The translations under genes were made by a program, and so were the position numbers. Below, piece by piece: positions 55,274 to 64,000 of a stretch of DNA of 64,000 nucleotides. Source of the DNA: Candidatus Poribacteria bacterium (lineage in GTDB: Bacteria > Poribacteria > WGA-4E > WGA-3G); assembly GCA_026710795.1 (NCBI GenBank), contig JAPOQK010000007.1, positions 14,546 through 78,545 of the forward strand. The letters run 5' to 3'. The notes beneath the pieces are model-generated. The model was not told the DNA's origin, searched no databases, and saw only the letters and a list, made by a program, of their open reading frames with translations. Positions within the stretch are counted from its first letter, which is position 1, and every line of letters begins with the position of its first letter.

Positions 55274-56110
55274 TTATTTACTGCCATTTAGTGCTGATTT
55301 CAACGGGACATCTTGATCTTTCGGAATATAATAACTCAATGGATCGTCAACAATCCCGATTAATTGCTTCTGAATTGGATTACATTTATCGACTAATTCA
55401 TCAGGCATCATGATATAGTCCATCGGTTTGACCCACCGGTATGCATAACCCATAAAGATAGTTTTACGCGGCATACCGGACCAGTTATGTCCGATTCCGT
55501 GATATGTTCGTTGTTCAAAGAGAAATGCGTCTCCAGCATTGACGTTCATAGAAATAGCCCCACGTGCCCAACCAGTTTCTGGATCTCGTGCGGGCATGCC
55601 GGTTAATCGGTTGCTACCAGGTACTAAGACTGTTGCCCCGGATGCAGGATCAGATTGGTCGCTGATGGCATAGGCGATTTTCAGCAAAATCCGCGGATGT
55701 GGTTCTTGCATTTCGCGATATGACGTTCCACCATCACGATGAAGTCCAATCTTGGTCTTAACATCATCGGGTGGTTCCTCTTTTGAAGGAAGCACAATCA
55801 AATGTGAGGTAATCATTTGGATGTTCCAATTCAACACACCACATGCGAGTGGGAAAGTTTTGTGCCAATCCAGAAGTTGTAGAAATGCCTCATGATGCGT
55901 TATGCAATTACGCAGATTGAGTTTGCCGCCACCTTCCAGATTTCCTGCTTCTTTTTCCTTGTCATATACCTCATCAACAGCAGCGTCAATTTCAGCCACG
56001 ACATCTGGAGGTAAAGCGTTATTAATTAAGAGATAACCGTTGTTTTCAACAAACTGTTTGTCATCAGGTGCAAGTACAGCTGCGTTAGATAAATCATTCA
56101 TCGTTTCCAT
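55274..56110 (-). CDS. Phytanoyl-CoA dioxygenase (PhyH)-family Fe(II)/2-oxoglutarate oxygenase
   Basis: 278 aa with GLHRDGG (HxD) and a distal YHGIGHN. Confidence 0.7.
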   Translation of the reverse strand: METMNDLSNAAVLAPDDKQFVENNGYLLINNALPPDVVAEIDAAVDEVYDKEKEAGNLEGGGKLNLRNCITHHEAFLQLLDWHKTFPLACGVLNWNIQMITSHLIVLPSKEEPPDDVKTKIGLHRDGGTSYREMQEPHPRILLKIAYAISDQSDPASGATVLVPGSNRLTGMPARDPETGWARGAISMNVNAGDAFLFEQRTYHGIGHNWSGMPRKTIFMGYAYRWVKPMDYIMMPDELVDKCNPIQKQLIGIVDDPLSYYIPKDQDVPLKSALNGSK

Positions 56111-56260
56111 TTGTTCACCTTTTCAAGTAAATTTATCGCTCCTACTTTAAGACATTTTGATAGATTGTAAAGTTAAGTATACATAGAATAATGGAAAATC
56201 ACAAGGGAAATTAGACCACGCAATCTGGAACAATACATTACACGGAAGTCGGATTCAGAA

Positions 56261-58225
56261 TTGAGACCTACTACCTCACATCAAGTTTTACAACCATCAG
56301 GGAGTAGTCAAGAGACTGCTCATTATGAACCAACAGGACAGAAGACACACCGCTTTGGTGTTACATGGCGTGCTATTCTCATTGGAACAGCACTGACTAT
56401 ACCCAACGTCTATTGGATATTGGATTCAGCGGGACAAGGGTATCCGACTACGATTTCGCTCTATTTCAATGTCATTTTCTGCATCTTTATCTTTACGGGT
56501 GCGAATTTGGTATTGACGAGGTTTGTGCCGCGAGTCGCGTTCCAGCAAGGTGAATTGCTGACTATATACGTCATGCTTGCCATTGCTTCCTCTTTAGCGG
56601 GGCATGATGTTCTTCGGGTTTTAATCCCGATGATTCCGTATGCATTCTGGTATGCTACTCCAGAAAACGATTGGGTAGATTTGTTTCATCGCTATGTTCC
56701 AGATTGGATGGCGGTAAAAGATAAGACGTTTCTTACAGAATATTACCGAGGCGAAGCCAGTTTATATCATTGGGAAGTCATTGAAGGATGGCTAACGACC
56801 ACCCTAGCTTGGGGTGGTTTTTTATGTGCACTTGTGTTCGTGATGGTTTTTATCAATACGCTTGTGCGCAAGCAGTGGACAGAACATGAGAAGCTGAGTT
56901 ATCCGATTATTCAACTCCCACTTGAATTGACAAGTGTTGGTAAAACGAACCTACTGACGAATAAGATGATGTGGCTTGGATTTGGGATTGCAGGTGCGAT
57001 AGATATTCTCAATGGACTGCACTATCTTTTTCCGAATGTGCCGAGTCTGGGAGGTCGTCTGTATGATTTGCGACCATTCTTTACACAGAAACCGTGGAGC
57101 GCGGTTGGCTGGACACCCGTTGCTGTGTTTCCGTTTGCTGTTGGAATGGCGTTTTTTATTCCATTGGATCTGTCGTTTTCTTGTTGGTTCTTCTATCTGT
57201 TTTGGAAGGTTGAACGGGTGTTTGGAGATGCGTTGGGAATTAGAGGTATGCCGAATTTTCCGTTCACTGATGAGCAATCGTTTGGTGCATATATAGGTTT
57301 ATTTGTCATTGCTGTGATTGCTACACGAAAACATTTGGCACAAGTGGCACGGAAAATAATAAGACCGGATGAAGGTAACGATTCTGATGAACCGATGTCT
57401 TATCGGTGGATGGTAGTCTGTCTTATAGCGAGTTTGATGTTTATCGGGATTTTTTGTAACCTTGCGGGAATGTCTGTGTGGGCAATTCTGGTTTTCTTTG
57501 GAATTTACTATGCTATTTCTACCGCTGTAACCCGTATGCGTGCGGAACTTGGTTCACCTGTGCATGATCTGCATTTTATCGGTCCAGATGAGATGATGCC
57601 GCGTATCTTTGGCACACGTTTACTTGGACCGCAAAACCTGACGATGCTTGCGTACCTTTTTTCTTTCAATCGTGCTTATCGTGGACATCCGATGCCGCAT
57701 ATTCTGGAAGGTTTTAAACTTGCAGAACGCACCCGTATGTCTAACCGAAGACTCCTCATCGCAATGTGTATTGCTATTGTTGTTGGAACATTTGGTTCGT
57801 TTTGGGCATTTTATCATATCTCATATATTGAAGGTGCGCGCGATTGGTTTGCGGGTAGACCGTTCAACCGACTTCAAGGTTGGCTCACCTCACCGAGAGT
57901 ACCGGATATCCCTGCGATTGTTGCGATGTGTGTAGGATTTCTGATAACGGGTTTTTTAATGATTATGCGGATACGACTGTTTTGGTGGCCCTTCCATCCT
58001 GCTGGTTTTGCTATTTCAAGTAGTTGGTCAATGAATGTGTTTTGGTTCTCTATCTTTGTGAGTTCTGTTATCAAGTGGATTATATTGAAACAAGGTGGTA
58101 TGAACCTACATCGCAAACTTATTCCGTTCTTTCTTGGGTTGATTCTGGGGGAGTTTATTGTTGGTGGTGTATGGAGTCTGATTGGGATAACGTTGAATAT
58201 GCCTATGTATCGGTTTTTGTTTTAG
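56261..58225 (+). CDS. Large polytopic membrane protein of unknown function (possibly DUF6785/DUF6784-like)
   Basis: 654 aa with more than 12 hydrophobic segments. The only in-frame start near the 5' end is TTG 56261. Confidence 0.6.
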   Translation: MRPTTSHQVLQPSGSSQETAHYEPTGQKTHRFGVTWRAILIGTALTIPNVYWILDSAGQGYPTTISLYFNVIFCIFIFTGANLVLTRFVPRVAFQQGELLTIYVMLAIASSLAGHDVLRVLIPMIPYAFWYATPENDWVDLFHRYVPDWMAVKDKTFLTEYYRGEASLYHWEVIEGWLTTTLAWGGFLCALVFVMVFINTLVRKQWTEHEKLSYPIIQLPLELTSVGKTNLLTNKMMWLGFGIAGAIDILNGLHYLFPNVPSLGGRLYDLRPFFTQKPWSAVGWTPVAVFPFAVGMAFFIPLDLSFSCWFFYLFWKVERVFGDALGIRGMPNFPFTDEQSFGAYIGLFVIAVIATRKHLAQVARKIIRPDEGNDSDEPMSYRWMVVCLIASLMFIGIFCNLAGMSVWAILVFFGIYYAISTAVTRMRAELGSPVHDLHFIGPDEMMPRIFGTRLLGPQNLTMLAYLFSFNRAYRGHPMPHILEGFKLAERTRMSNRRLLIAMCIAIVVGTFGSFWAFYHISYIEGARDWFAGRPFNRLQGWLTSPRVPDIPAIVAMCVGFLITGFLMIMRIRLFWWPFHPAGFAISSSWSMNVFWFSIFVSSVIKWIILKQGGMNLHRKLIPFFLGLILGEFIVGGVWSLIGITLNMPMYRFLF

Positions 58226-58310
58226 AGTGTTGTTTGTATATTCACAGGATATATTTGAAACGCTATTTCGGATAAAACTTCGTTACAATTGAATGTTTCT
58301 AAAATGTCAT

Positions 58311-58439
58311 ACTTTAGAGTTTTTAGAGTCAATCGCTATTTTGTCAATTTATGCATAAAGCAAAGAACCTTTTCCACTACTGGGTTATCGGCTTTATTAT
58401 GAGTATAATGGTCGGGATTGACTCTAAAACTTTTAGAGT
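58311..58439. repeat. Inverted repeat upstream of the giant TPR gene
   Basis: actttagagtttttagagtcaatc (58311-58334) pairs with gattgactctaaaacttttagagt (58416-58439). The inner 14 bp are perfect, and the arms are 81 bp apart. Confidence 0.7.
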
Positions 58440-58680
58440 TGTGTTATGGGTTGGTTAGTTACTTTCTTTTGAGAATCACTATAACAAAAATAAGGTTGTG
58501 AATTGGTTTTGGAAACCCTTCAATACATGCGATTCGAGACAAATCTATGGTTCTGAATCGGTTTTCTTCATCTTGACTGGGCAGCCTAAATATGCTATAA
58601 TGATAATAGCAACATATCAAAAGACTATTGGATGAGATTCAACTCACACCCAACAAACACCTAATAGGAGATGAAAATCC

Positions 58681-61600
58681 ATGAAAATTCTCGATTTAGT
58701 CTTCACAGTCTATAACATTGTTGGCACTGGATTTTCTATTGCTGGTGGTATTAACCCCGCCATTAAAAAATACTACAAAACTACTACAGAAGAACTTTTC
58801 AAACAGTCTTTTGAAAGAGTAGTTAAGCAATATGCTTCTAACTTCGCGGATCTTACTGACCCAATAACGGTTAAAGTGTGTCACCATACATTTGACAACG
58901 TTATTGCTTCACTAAAAGATGTTGATGAAGTCCAATTCACACAATTAAATGAAAGTGAAAAAATCACAAGAATCACAACGCTTTTTCGTAAATGTATTAT
59001 CGTTCCCGACCATCAATTGCCCGATATGGATATTGAACGAAGAATTCGTCCTATTATTGAAAGGGTGATTATTGATTTTTATTCACAACTTCCACTCAAT
59101 CAGGGAGCATTCAATAAAATTGTCCTTGAATATATTCAAAACAACATAAAGAATCAAGATGATGCCTACACGATGTTAACTGAATTGTCAAGTAAAATTG
59201 ACTATGTGCGAAATGAAGTGACACAACGTCTTTCTGAGGATATCCAAGCCATCAAGGATGACACTGAAAAAATTAAGGATGATAATAAGGAGCTTAAGCA
59301 AAAAGCGGGAGTGATCTTAGATAGCGTTAATGATCTTAAATCCCAATTCAATGTCAATATCTCGGATTTAATAAAAACTGAAGTGGCAAAAGAACATCAT
59401 ACAAGAATAAACGATGTCCAAAAATTACTTAAGAGTCATCAACCTACAAATGCTTTTGAGTTATTAAAGGATCTGAAAAAACGAACATGGAAAGATGCTT
59501 CGGATGATCTAAAGTTTGGCATTCTAACAAATATGGCCGCGGCTCAATTTTCACTGAATAACGAAGAAGAAGCTGCAGAATTGCTTCATGAAGCATTTAA
59601 ATATGATTCTGAAAACGAAAAAGCACTTTCTAACCGTGCTTTAGCATATCTTATACAAGAAGAAACAGAAAAAGCTGCTGATTACGCAAAACAGACATTG
59701 AAGATGAATCATAAAAATACTGATGCCTACGTAATCCTTGTTGAAATTTCTAAGGGAAAAACACTTGATGAAGTAATTGCTAAAGTCCCTAAAGATTTGC
59801 TCCATTCCCCACAAATTGCTTACACGATCAGCAAATTAGCAAAACAAGGTGGTAATTTTGAAGCAGCGAAAAGATGGGGTGAAATTACTGTGTCACAGGA
59901 CCATGGAAACGCTCCTGACTTCAAAGCTGCTTTCGCAGCAATCTTGATTAAGCAAGTATTAGAAGATAATCTTGCAGTGGGGACCAGTCAACTTTATGAG
60001 TCACAAAAGCAACAATTACAACGTGCAATAGGATTTCTTACAGAGGCATGGAATTGCGTTTCCAAAACAGAATTAAAGGATTATAGAGCAGATTGGATCA
60101 TTAACAGAGGAATAGCACATTTTCACCTTGGCGAGTTGACAAAAGCAAAAGAAGACCTTGATACTGCCTTAGAAATTGAAGACTCAAATCCAAGTTTGAT
60201 AAAAAAACGTGCGATTTTAGCTTTTGAGTGTGGAGATATAGTAGAAGCTATTGGATTTATGGAATCGATCCAATCCACGCAGGAAGTACTTGAAGCACCC
60301 ATTATACTTGCAACTTATCTCTTCGCGGATGAACGATTAGATGAGTCTATTACAATACTTAATGATTTTTTACAGACAGATTTATCTCCAGAACTTCAAG
60401 AAAAAGCGAGACGTTTACTCATTGATGTTTATATTACTGATAAACGTTTTGATGATGCGTTAGAAATTTCGATAGCAATGCGCGAGTCAACTCCAAAGAG
60501 CATACCAAATCTTGTTGATGCTGCTCGCATATTTAGCGCGAAAGAAAAACACGATGACGCAATTGCTCTACTCAAAGAAGCATACAACTATGTTCAGAAT
60601 GGTGCAGAATTTCTTGATATTCTATTATTGGCTCACCAACTCTACATCCATGAACAATTTAAAGAAGCTGCAACACTATATGAAAGGCTTGCCAACACCA
60701 GCCAGAACTCTCCAGTGACACAATGTTTAGTACAAAGTTACTATTATTCTGGTGAAATGGCGAAGGCACTTAAGATATGTCAGAATCTGCGTGAGAAATA
60801 TGGACCTCTTGAAAATATATCCGTGATGGAGGTCGTGATTTATGAAGAAATAGGTGATATGAACCAAGCCGAAACGGTTTGTAAGGAATATTTGAAGAAA
60901 TTTCCAACTGATTACGATATGCAAATCCGTCTCGGAATGGTTCTTCTTCGCTCTAATAAAGAGACTGACGTTGATAATGTATTAGAAGATTTTTCTGAAA
61001 TCAAAGACTTTTCATACTTAAATGAGCTTTCTTTACAAGGATGCTTTGAATTAGCACTATTACATCAAATAAGATTACAACAGGAAGAAGCACTAAAGAT
61101 TATGTACGAAGTACGTAGAACGCATTATGATAATCCCGATGCTCACATTTTATATGTCAAGATTTTTCTTTCAGTTGAAAAGGAAATTCCTGAAGTGCTA
61201 AAACCTACTCAAGTTGAAAAGGATACAGCAGTCAAAATCAACATTTCTGACGATGATTTTTTGTATATCTTTGAAGAACGTGAAGATGCAGATATCAAAT
61301 ACTATGAATTTGATATGAATGATCCATTTGCACGACAACTCATTGGTAAAAACAAGAATGACGCGGTAAGTCTCGGTGAAAAAATGTCCGGTCCAAAAAC
61401 TGGAAAGATCGTTGATATCAAGAGTAAATACGTTCATGCCTATCAAGAAACCTTAAGAGAGTACCCTCATTTGTTTCCTTTAGACCAGGACATGGATAAT
61501 ATAAAAATAGACAATTCAGATGATATTGACGATAAAGAGAGATTTGAACAAATGTTCAAAATGATTGATCAGAGACAAGATAAGATAAATAAAATTGAAG

Positions 61601-63096
61601 AACTATATAAGGAAAAAGACCTTACAATCGGTACTTTTACAAGATTAGTTGGTAGTAATAGTTTAGATACTTGGGGTACTCTCATGGGTAACCGTGACTT
61701 AGGGATTAGGTGTAGTATTGGTGACTTTGACGAAAGAAAAAGGGTCCTTAACCTACTTGATCAATCTAACCCTAAACTTGCTTTAGACATTATATCACTT
61801 ATGACTCTGCACTGTCTGGACGCTGCGGATATCATCGTCAATACATTTGGAAAACTATACATCACCCAATCGACTATCGATGAAATACAGAGTGTTATCA
61901 TCGAAAGAGAGGGAATGTGGTCAAAACGCGAGAGGATGGTAGTTGAAAAAAAAGGAAATCAGCATATAAGACAAATTATCAAACCTGAAGAAATTAAGCA
62001 GGGAATAGAATATTTAAAAGACATTGTTAATTGGATTAGAGAGAACTGTGAAGTTGGTCAAGCCACTGTTGGGATAAAAATGAACCAATTGCGCAGGAGA
62101 GAACTCAATGACATGCTACAACAGCATTTCCTTGACACTGTCCTTCTTGCAAGCCAGCCAGAGCACCTACTTTTCTCGGATGATGGACGACTCAGACATT
62201 ATGCGAAAACAACTTTCAATAACGACGCAGGAACAAACTTTCAAATTGAAGGTGTGTGGACACAAGTTTTATTGGAACATTGTGTAAAGCAAGATCACCT
62301 TGATAAAGTTGACTACGATGAGATGACGATAAAACTTGTTTGTTCACACTACTATCACACGCAATTTGATGCAGATTTGTTAATGGAAGTGGCTAAACGT
62401 TCAAATTGGAAGCTATCTGAGCCTTACAATAGTTTTGTGATTGCCTTAGGCAGAGAACGTATGCCTATAAATTATGCAATAGATGTGAGTGTTGATTTTC
62501 TCTTTACTCTTTGGGAGGAATCAATATCTTTCAGACAAAAAGAATTTTTGACGTTAGGCATATTAGCTGGACTTACTTGTGGACGAAATGAAAGTAATGT
62601 TTTGAATCAATTGGCAAAACAGATTCAAGCAAGATATATAATCTATACACCATCTAAAAATTATATTCTTAGGCGAATTAATGAATTTGAACAGATCTTT
62701 CCGCTTGAAAGTAACTTGGCATTTTTAGAGGAAGATGATATTCGTGTCAAGGGAACACGTGTTGGTATAGAAACCGTCCTATACGAATATATTTACAATA
62801 GTAAACCCCCAGAAATCATTGCTGATAGCTACTATACACTCACATTGGAACAAGTCTATGCCACGATCCTGTATTATCTTCAAAATCAAGAAAAAGTTGG
62901 TGCATATTTGGATGATTATCTAAAATATTGTAAAACGGCCCGTGAGGAATACGAGAAAGACCCACCACCCGGTGTTGTTCGATTGCGTGAACTTATAGCA
63001 GAAACGGAAGCATATTCTGATATACCCGATCCCACCAATCCAAAAAACGACACAGCAAGTACAACCCAATCCCCAACCAATAATGAACGGGGATAA
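58681..63096 (+). CDS. Giant multidomain protein: N-terminal unknown, coiled coil, TPR array, GreA/B-C-like, PIN-like, DUF433-like
   Basis: 1471 aa with RBS aggag. TPR-like helical repeats span about nt 59430-61200. GreA/B-C-like segment is KINISDD...EFDMNDPFARQLIGKNKNDAVSLGE...GKIVDIK (about 61210-61430). PIN-like acidic motifs are LALDIISLMTL, ITQSTIDEI and LLFSDDGRL (about 61770-62220). DUF433-like segment is VKGTRVGIETVLYEY...PEIIADSYYTLTLEQVYATILYY (about 62740-62910). Confidence 0.8.
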   Translation: MKILDLVFTVYNIVGTGFSIAGGINPAIKKYYKTTTEELFKQSFERVVKQYASNFADLTDPITVKVCHHTFDNVIASLKDVDEVQFTQLNESEKITRITTLFRKCIIVPDHQLPDMDIERRIRPIIERVIIDFYSQLPLNQGAFNKIVLEYIQNNIKNQDDAYTMLTELSSKIDYVRNEVTQRLSEDIQAIKDDTEKIKDDNKELKQKAGVILDSVNDLKSQFNVNISDLIKTEVAKEHHTRINDVQKLLKSHQPTNAFELLKDLKKRTWKDASDDLKFGILTNMAAAQFSLNNEEEAAELLHEAFKYDSENEKALSNRALAYLIQEETEKAADYAKQTLKMNHKNTDAYVILVEISKGKTLDEVIAKVPKDLLHSPQIAYTISKLAKQGGNFEAAKRWGEITVSQDHGNAPDFKAAFAAILIKQVLEDNLAVGTSQLYESQKQQLQRAIGFLTEAWNCVSKTELKDYRADWIINRGIAHFHLGELTKAKEDLDTALEIEDSNPSLIKKRAILAFECGDIVEAIGFMESIQSTQEVLEAPIILATYLFADERLDESITILNDFLQTDLSPELQEKARRLLIDVYITDKRFDDALEISIAMRESTPKSIPNLVDAARIFSAKEKHDDAIALLKEAYNYVQNGAEFLDILLLAHQLYIHEQFKEAATLYERLANTSQNSPVTQCLVQSYYYSGEMAKALKICQNLREKYGPLENISVMEVVIYEEIGDMNQAETVCKEYLKKFPTDYDMQIRLGMVLLRSNKETDVDNVLEDFSEIKDFSYLNELSLQGCFELALLHQIRLQQEEALKIMYEVRRTHYDNPDAHILYVKIFLSVEKEIPEVLKPTQVEKDTAVKINISDDDFLYIFEEREDADIKYYEFDMNDPFARQLIGKNKNDAVSLGEKMSGPKTGKIVDIKSKYVHAYQETLREYPHLFPLDQDMDNIKIDNSDDIDDKERFEQMFKMIDQRQDKINKIEELYKEKDLTIGTFTRLVGSNSLDTWGTLMGNRDLGIRCSIGDFDERKRVLNLLDQSNPKLALDIISLMTLHCLDAADIIVNTFGKLYITQSTIDEIQSVIIEREGMWSKRERMVVEKKGNQHIRQIIKPEEIKQGIEYLKDIVNWIRENCEVGQATVGIKMNQLRRRELNDMLQQHFLDTVLLASQPEHLLFSDDGRLRHYAKTTFNNDAGTNFQIEGVWTQVLLEHCVKQDHLDKVDYDEMTIKLVCSHYYHTQFDADLLMEVAKRSNWKLSEPYNSFVIALGRERMPINYAIDVSVDFLFTLWEESISFRQKEFLTLGILAGLTCGRNESNVLNQLAKQIQARYIIYTPSKNYILRRINEFEQIFPLESNLAFLEEDDIRVKGTRVGIETVLYEYIYNSKPPEIIADSYYTLTLEQVYATILYYLQNQEKVGAYLDDYLKYCKTAREEYEKDPPPGVVRLRELIAETEAYSDIPDPTNPKNDTASTTQSPTNNERG

Positions 63097-63098
63097 AG

Positions 63099-63455
63099 AT
63101 GCGTCGGTTTCTCATAGACGAAAATATTACTCCTGAATACCGTACACAATTGCTAAGGCATGAGCCATCACTGACGGTCTTGGTTATAGGTGATGAAGGT
63201 GCCCCAGCGAGAAGCACGTCAGACACAGATATCTTAGAGTGGTGTGAACAGAACCAATTTAACTTGATAACAAACAATCGAGAAAGTATGCCTCAACATC
63301 TCTCTGATCATCAAAAAAAAGGAGGTCATGTTCCTGCTATTTTTACGATTAATCTAGCAGTACCAATGGGAAAGATTATTGAAGAATTGCTTATCATCGC
63401 TGGTGCATCTCACGCCGATGAATATATGGATCAGATTGTGTTCATTCCTATCTAA
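63099..63455 (+). CDS. DUF5615-family PIN-like protein (putative toxin partner of DUF433)
   Basis: 118 aa with MRRFLIDENI, SDTDILEWCEQNQFNLITNN and GGHVPAIFTI. It starts 2 nt after the stop of the giant gene. Confidence 0.75.
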   Translation: MRRFLIDENITPEYRTQLLRHEPSLTVLVIGDEGAPARSTSDTDILEWCEQNQFNLITNNRESMPQHLSDHQKKGGHVPAIFTINLAVPMGKIIEELLIIAGASHADEYMDQIVFIPI

Positions 63456-63545
63456 ATGAGAACTCAAGATCTTGACATACTCCTAATCAGCGTAAATCTA
63501 AGATGAAAATACAAAACTTTACACACCCGTCACTACTCCCAAAAT

Positions 63546-63574
63546 TTGACAATTCGGACGTTTTATGTTATAAT
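63546..63574 (+). promoter_or_regulatory. Consensus promoter TTGACA-N17-TATAAT upstream of rpe
   Basis: ttgaca at 63546-63551, a 17-nt spacer, and tataat at 63569-63574. Confidence 0.6.
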
Positions 63575-63613
63575 TAGTAAAGTGAGAAGTCCAAATTTAA
63601 ATGGAGAAATATC

Positions 63614-64000
63614 TTGCCGACTCCTGAGAGTCAATGTCTTAGCCCCACGGAAAAACAGATCAACATAGCACCATCGGTTATGTGTGCAGACCTTTGTAAT
63701 TTAGAGACAGAAATTCGTGAGTTAGAAGAATCAGGGATAAGTCTACTTCATTTTGACTTGATGGATGCGCACTTCGTGCCAAACATGCCTATTGGATTGG
63801 CACTCATTGAACAATTACGTAATAAAACAGAATGCGCTTTTGACATTCACCTGATGGTGGAGAATAACGATTTTTTTGTGTCGGCAGTTGCGGATATTGG
63901 TGTTGAACAGATTGCTGTTCATGTTGAATCTGCTACGCACCTGGATAGAACTTTATCGGTAATTCAAGGACATGGTATAAAAGCGGGTGTTGCTTTGAAC
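63614..64000 (+). CDS. rpe: Ribulose-phosphate 3-epimerase (5' partial, runs off the window)
   Basis: IAPSVMCADLCNLETEI...GISLLHFDLMDAHFVPNM..G......FDIHLMV. The frame opens at 63581, and TTG 63614 is the first plausible start. Confidence 0.85.
   Translation, partial: MPTPESQCLSPTEKQINIAPSVMCADLCNLETEIRELEESGISLLHFDLMDAHFVPNMPIGLALIEQLRNKTECAFDIHLMVENNDFFVSAVADIGVEQIAVHVESATHLDRTLSVIQGHGIKAGVALN

Overview
This 64-kb window is about 41% GC and densely coding. It shows no rRNA, no CRISPR array and no recognisable transposase or integrase. The gene content suggests a Poribacteria- or PVC/FCB-like uncultured lineage: FlgD-Ig/T9SS-type C-terminal domain, DUF1080, Gfo/Idh/MocA, PhyH, NPCBM, and many WD40/NHL/TPR/BNR repeat proteins. 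That placement is a low-confidence guess. Housekeeping core: ndk, acnA, a six-gene tRNA cluster (all four Ser isoacceptors, Arg-ACG, Ala-CGC) interleaved with tadA, then a large SRP RNA followed by dnaX-ybaB-recR, an M28/glutaminyl-cyclase-like peptidase, mnmG-rsmG, galK, a ROK glucokinase, and a partial rpe at the right edge. Accessory or unusual content: (1) At 58681-63455, a 1471-aa protein (N-terminal unknown, coiled coil, long TPR array, GreA/B-C-like module, PIN-like module, C-terminal DUF433-type domain) is followed 2 nt later by a DUF5615 PIN-like gene; this is my best candidate for an undescribed conflict or toxin-antitoxin-derived system. (2) At 38398-49240, three paralogous genes encode an ECF sigma factor fused through one TM helix to large extracytoplasmic beta-propellers (two BNR/Asp-box, one 14-blade WD40). 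The WD40 copy is split by a 1-nt frameshift in a T4 run. (3) A partner-switching module (STAS, sensor HK, receiver-PP2C, RsbW-like kinase, STAS) has no adjacent sigma factor and is followed by a degenerate AccD-like zinc-ribbon protein. (4) An FRG-TPR fusion protein. (5) A giant C25 (gingipain-family) peptidase with a FlgD-Ig-like C-terminal domain. (6) Several dispersed non-coding repeat families: a MITE with TIRs and a target-site duplication in the acnA leader, REP-like GCGACC-N4-GGTCGC-TCCTACAG units nested in long palindromes, and a 270-390-bp promoter-plus-leader cassette present twice. Perfect TTGACA-N17-TATAAT promoters occur on the minus strand at three loci. All functional calls rest on motif recognition by eye in the ORF translations; no database search was run.
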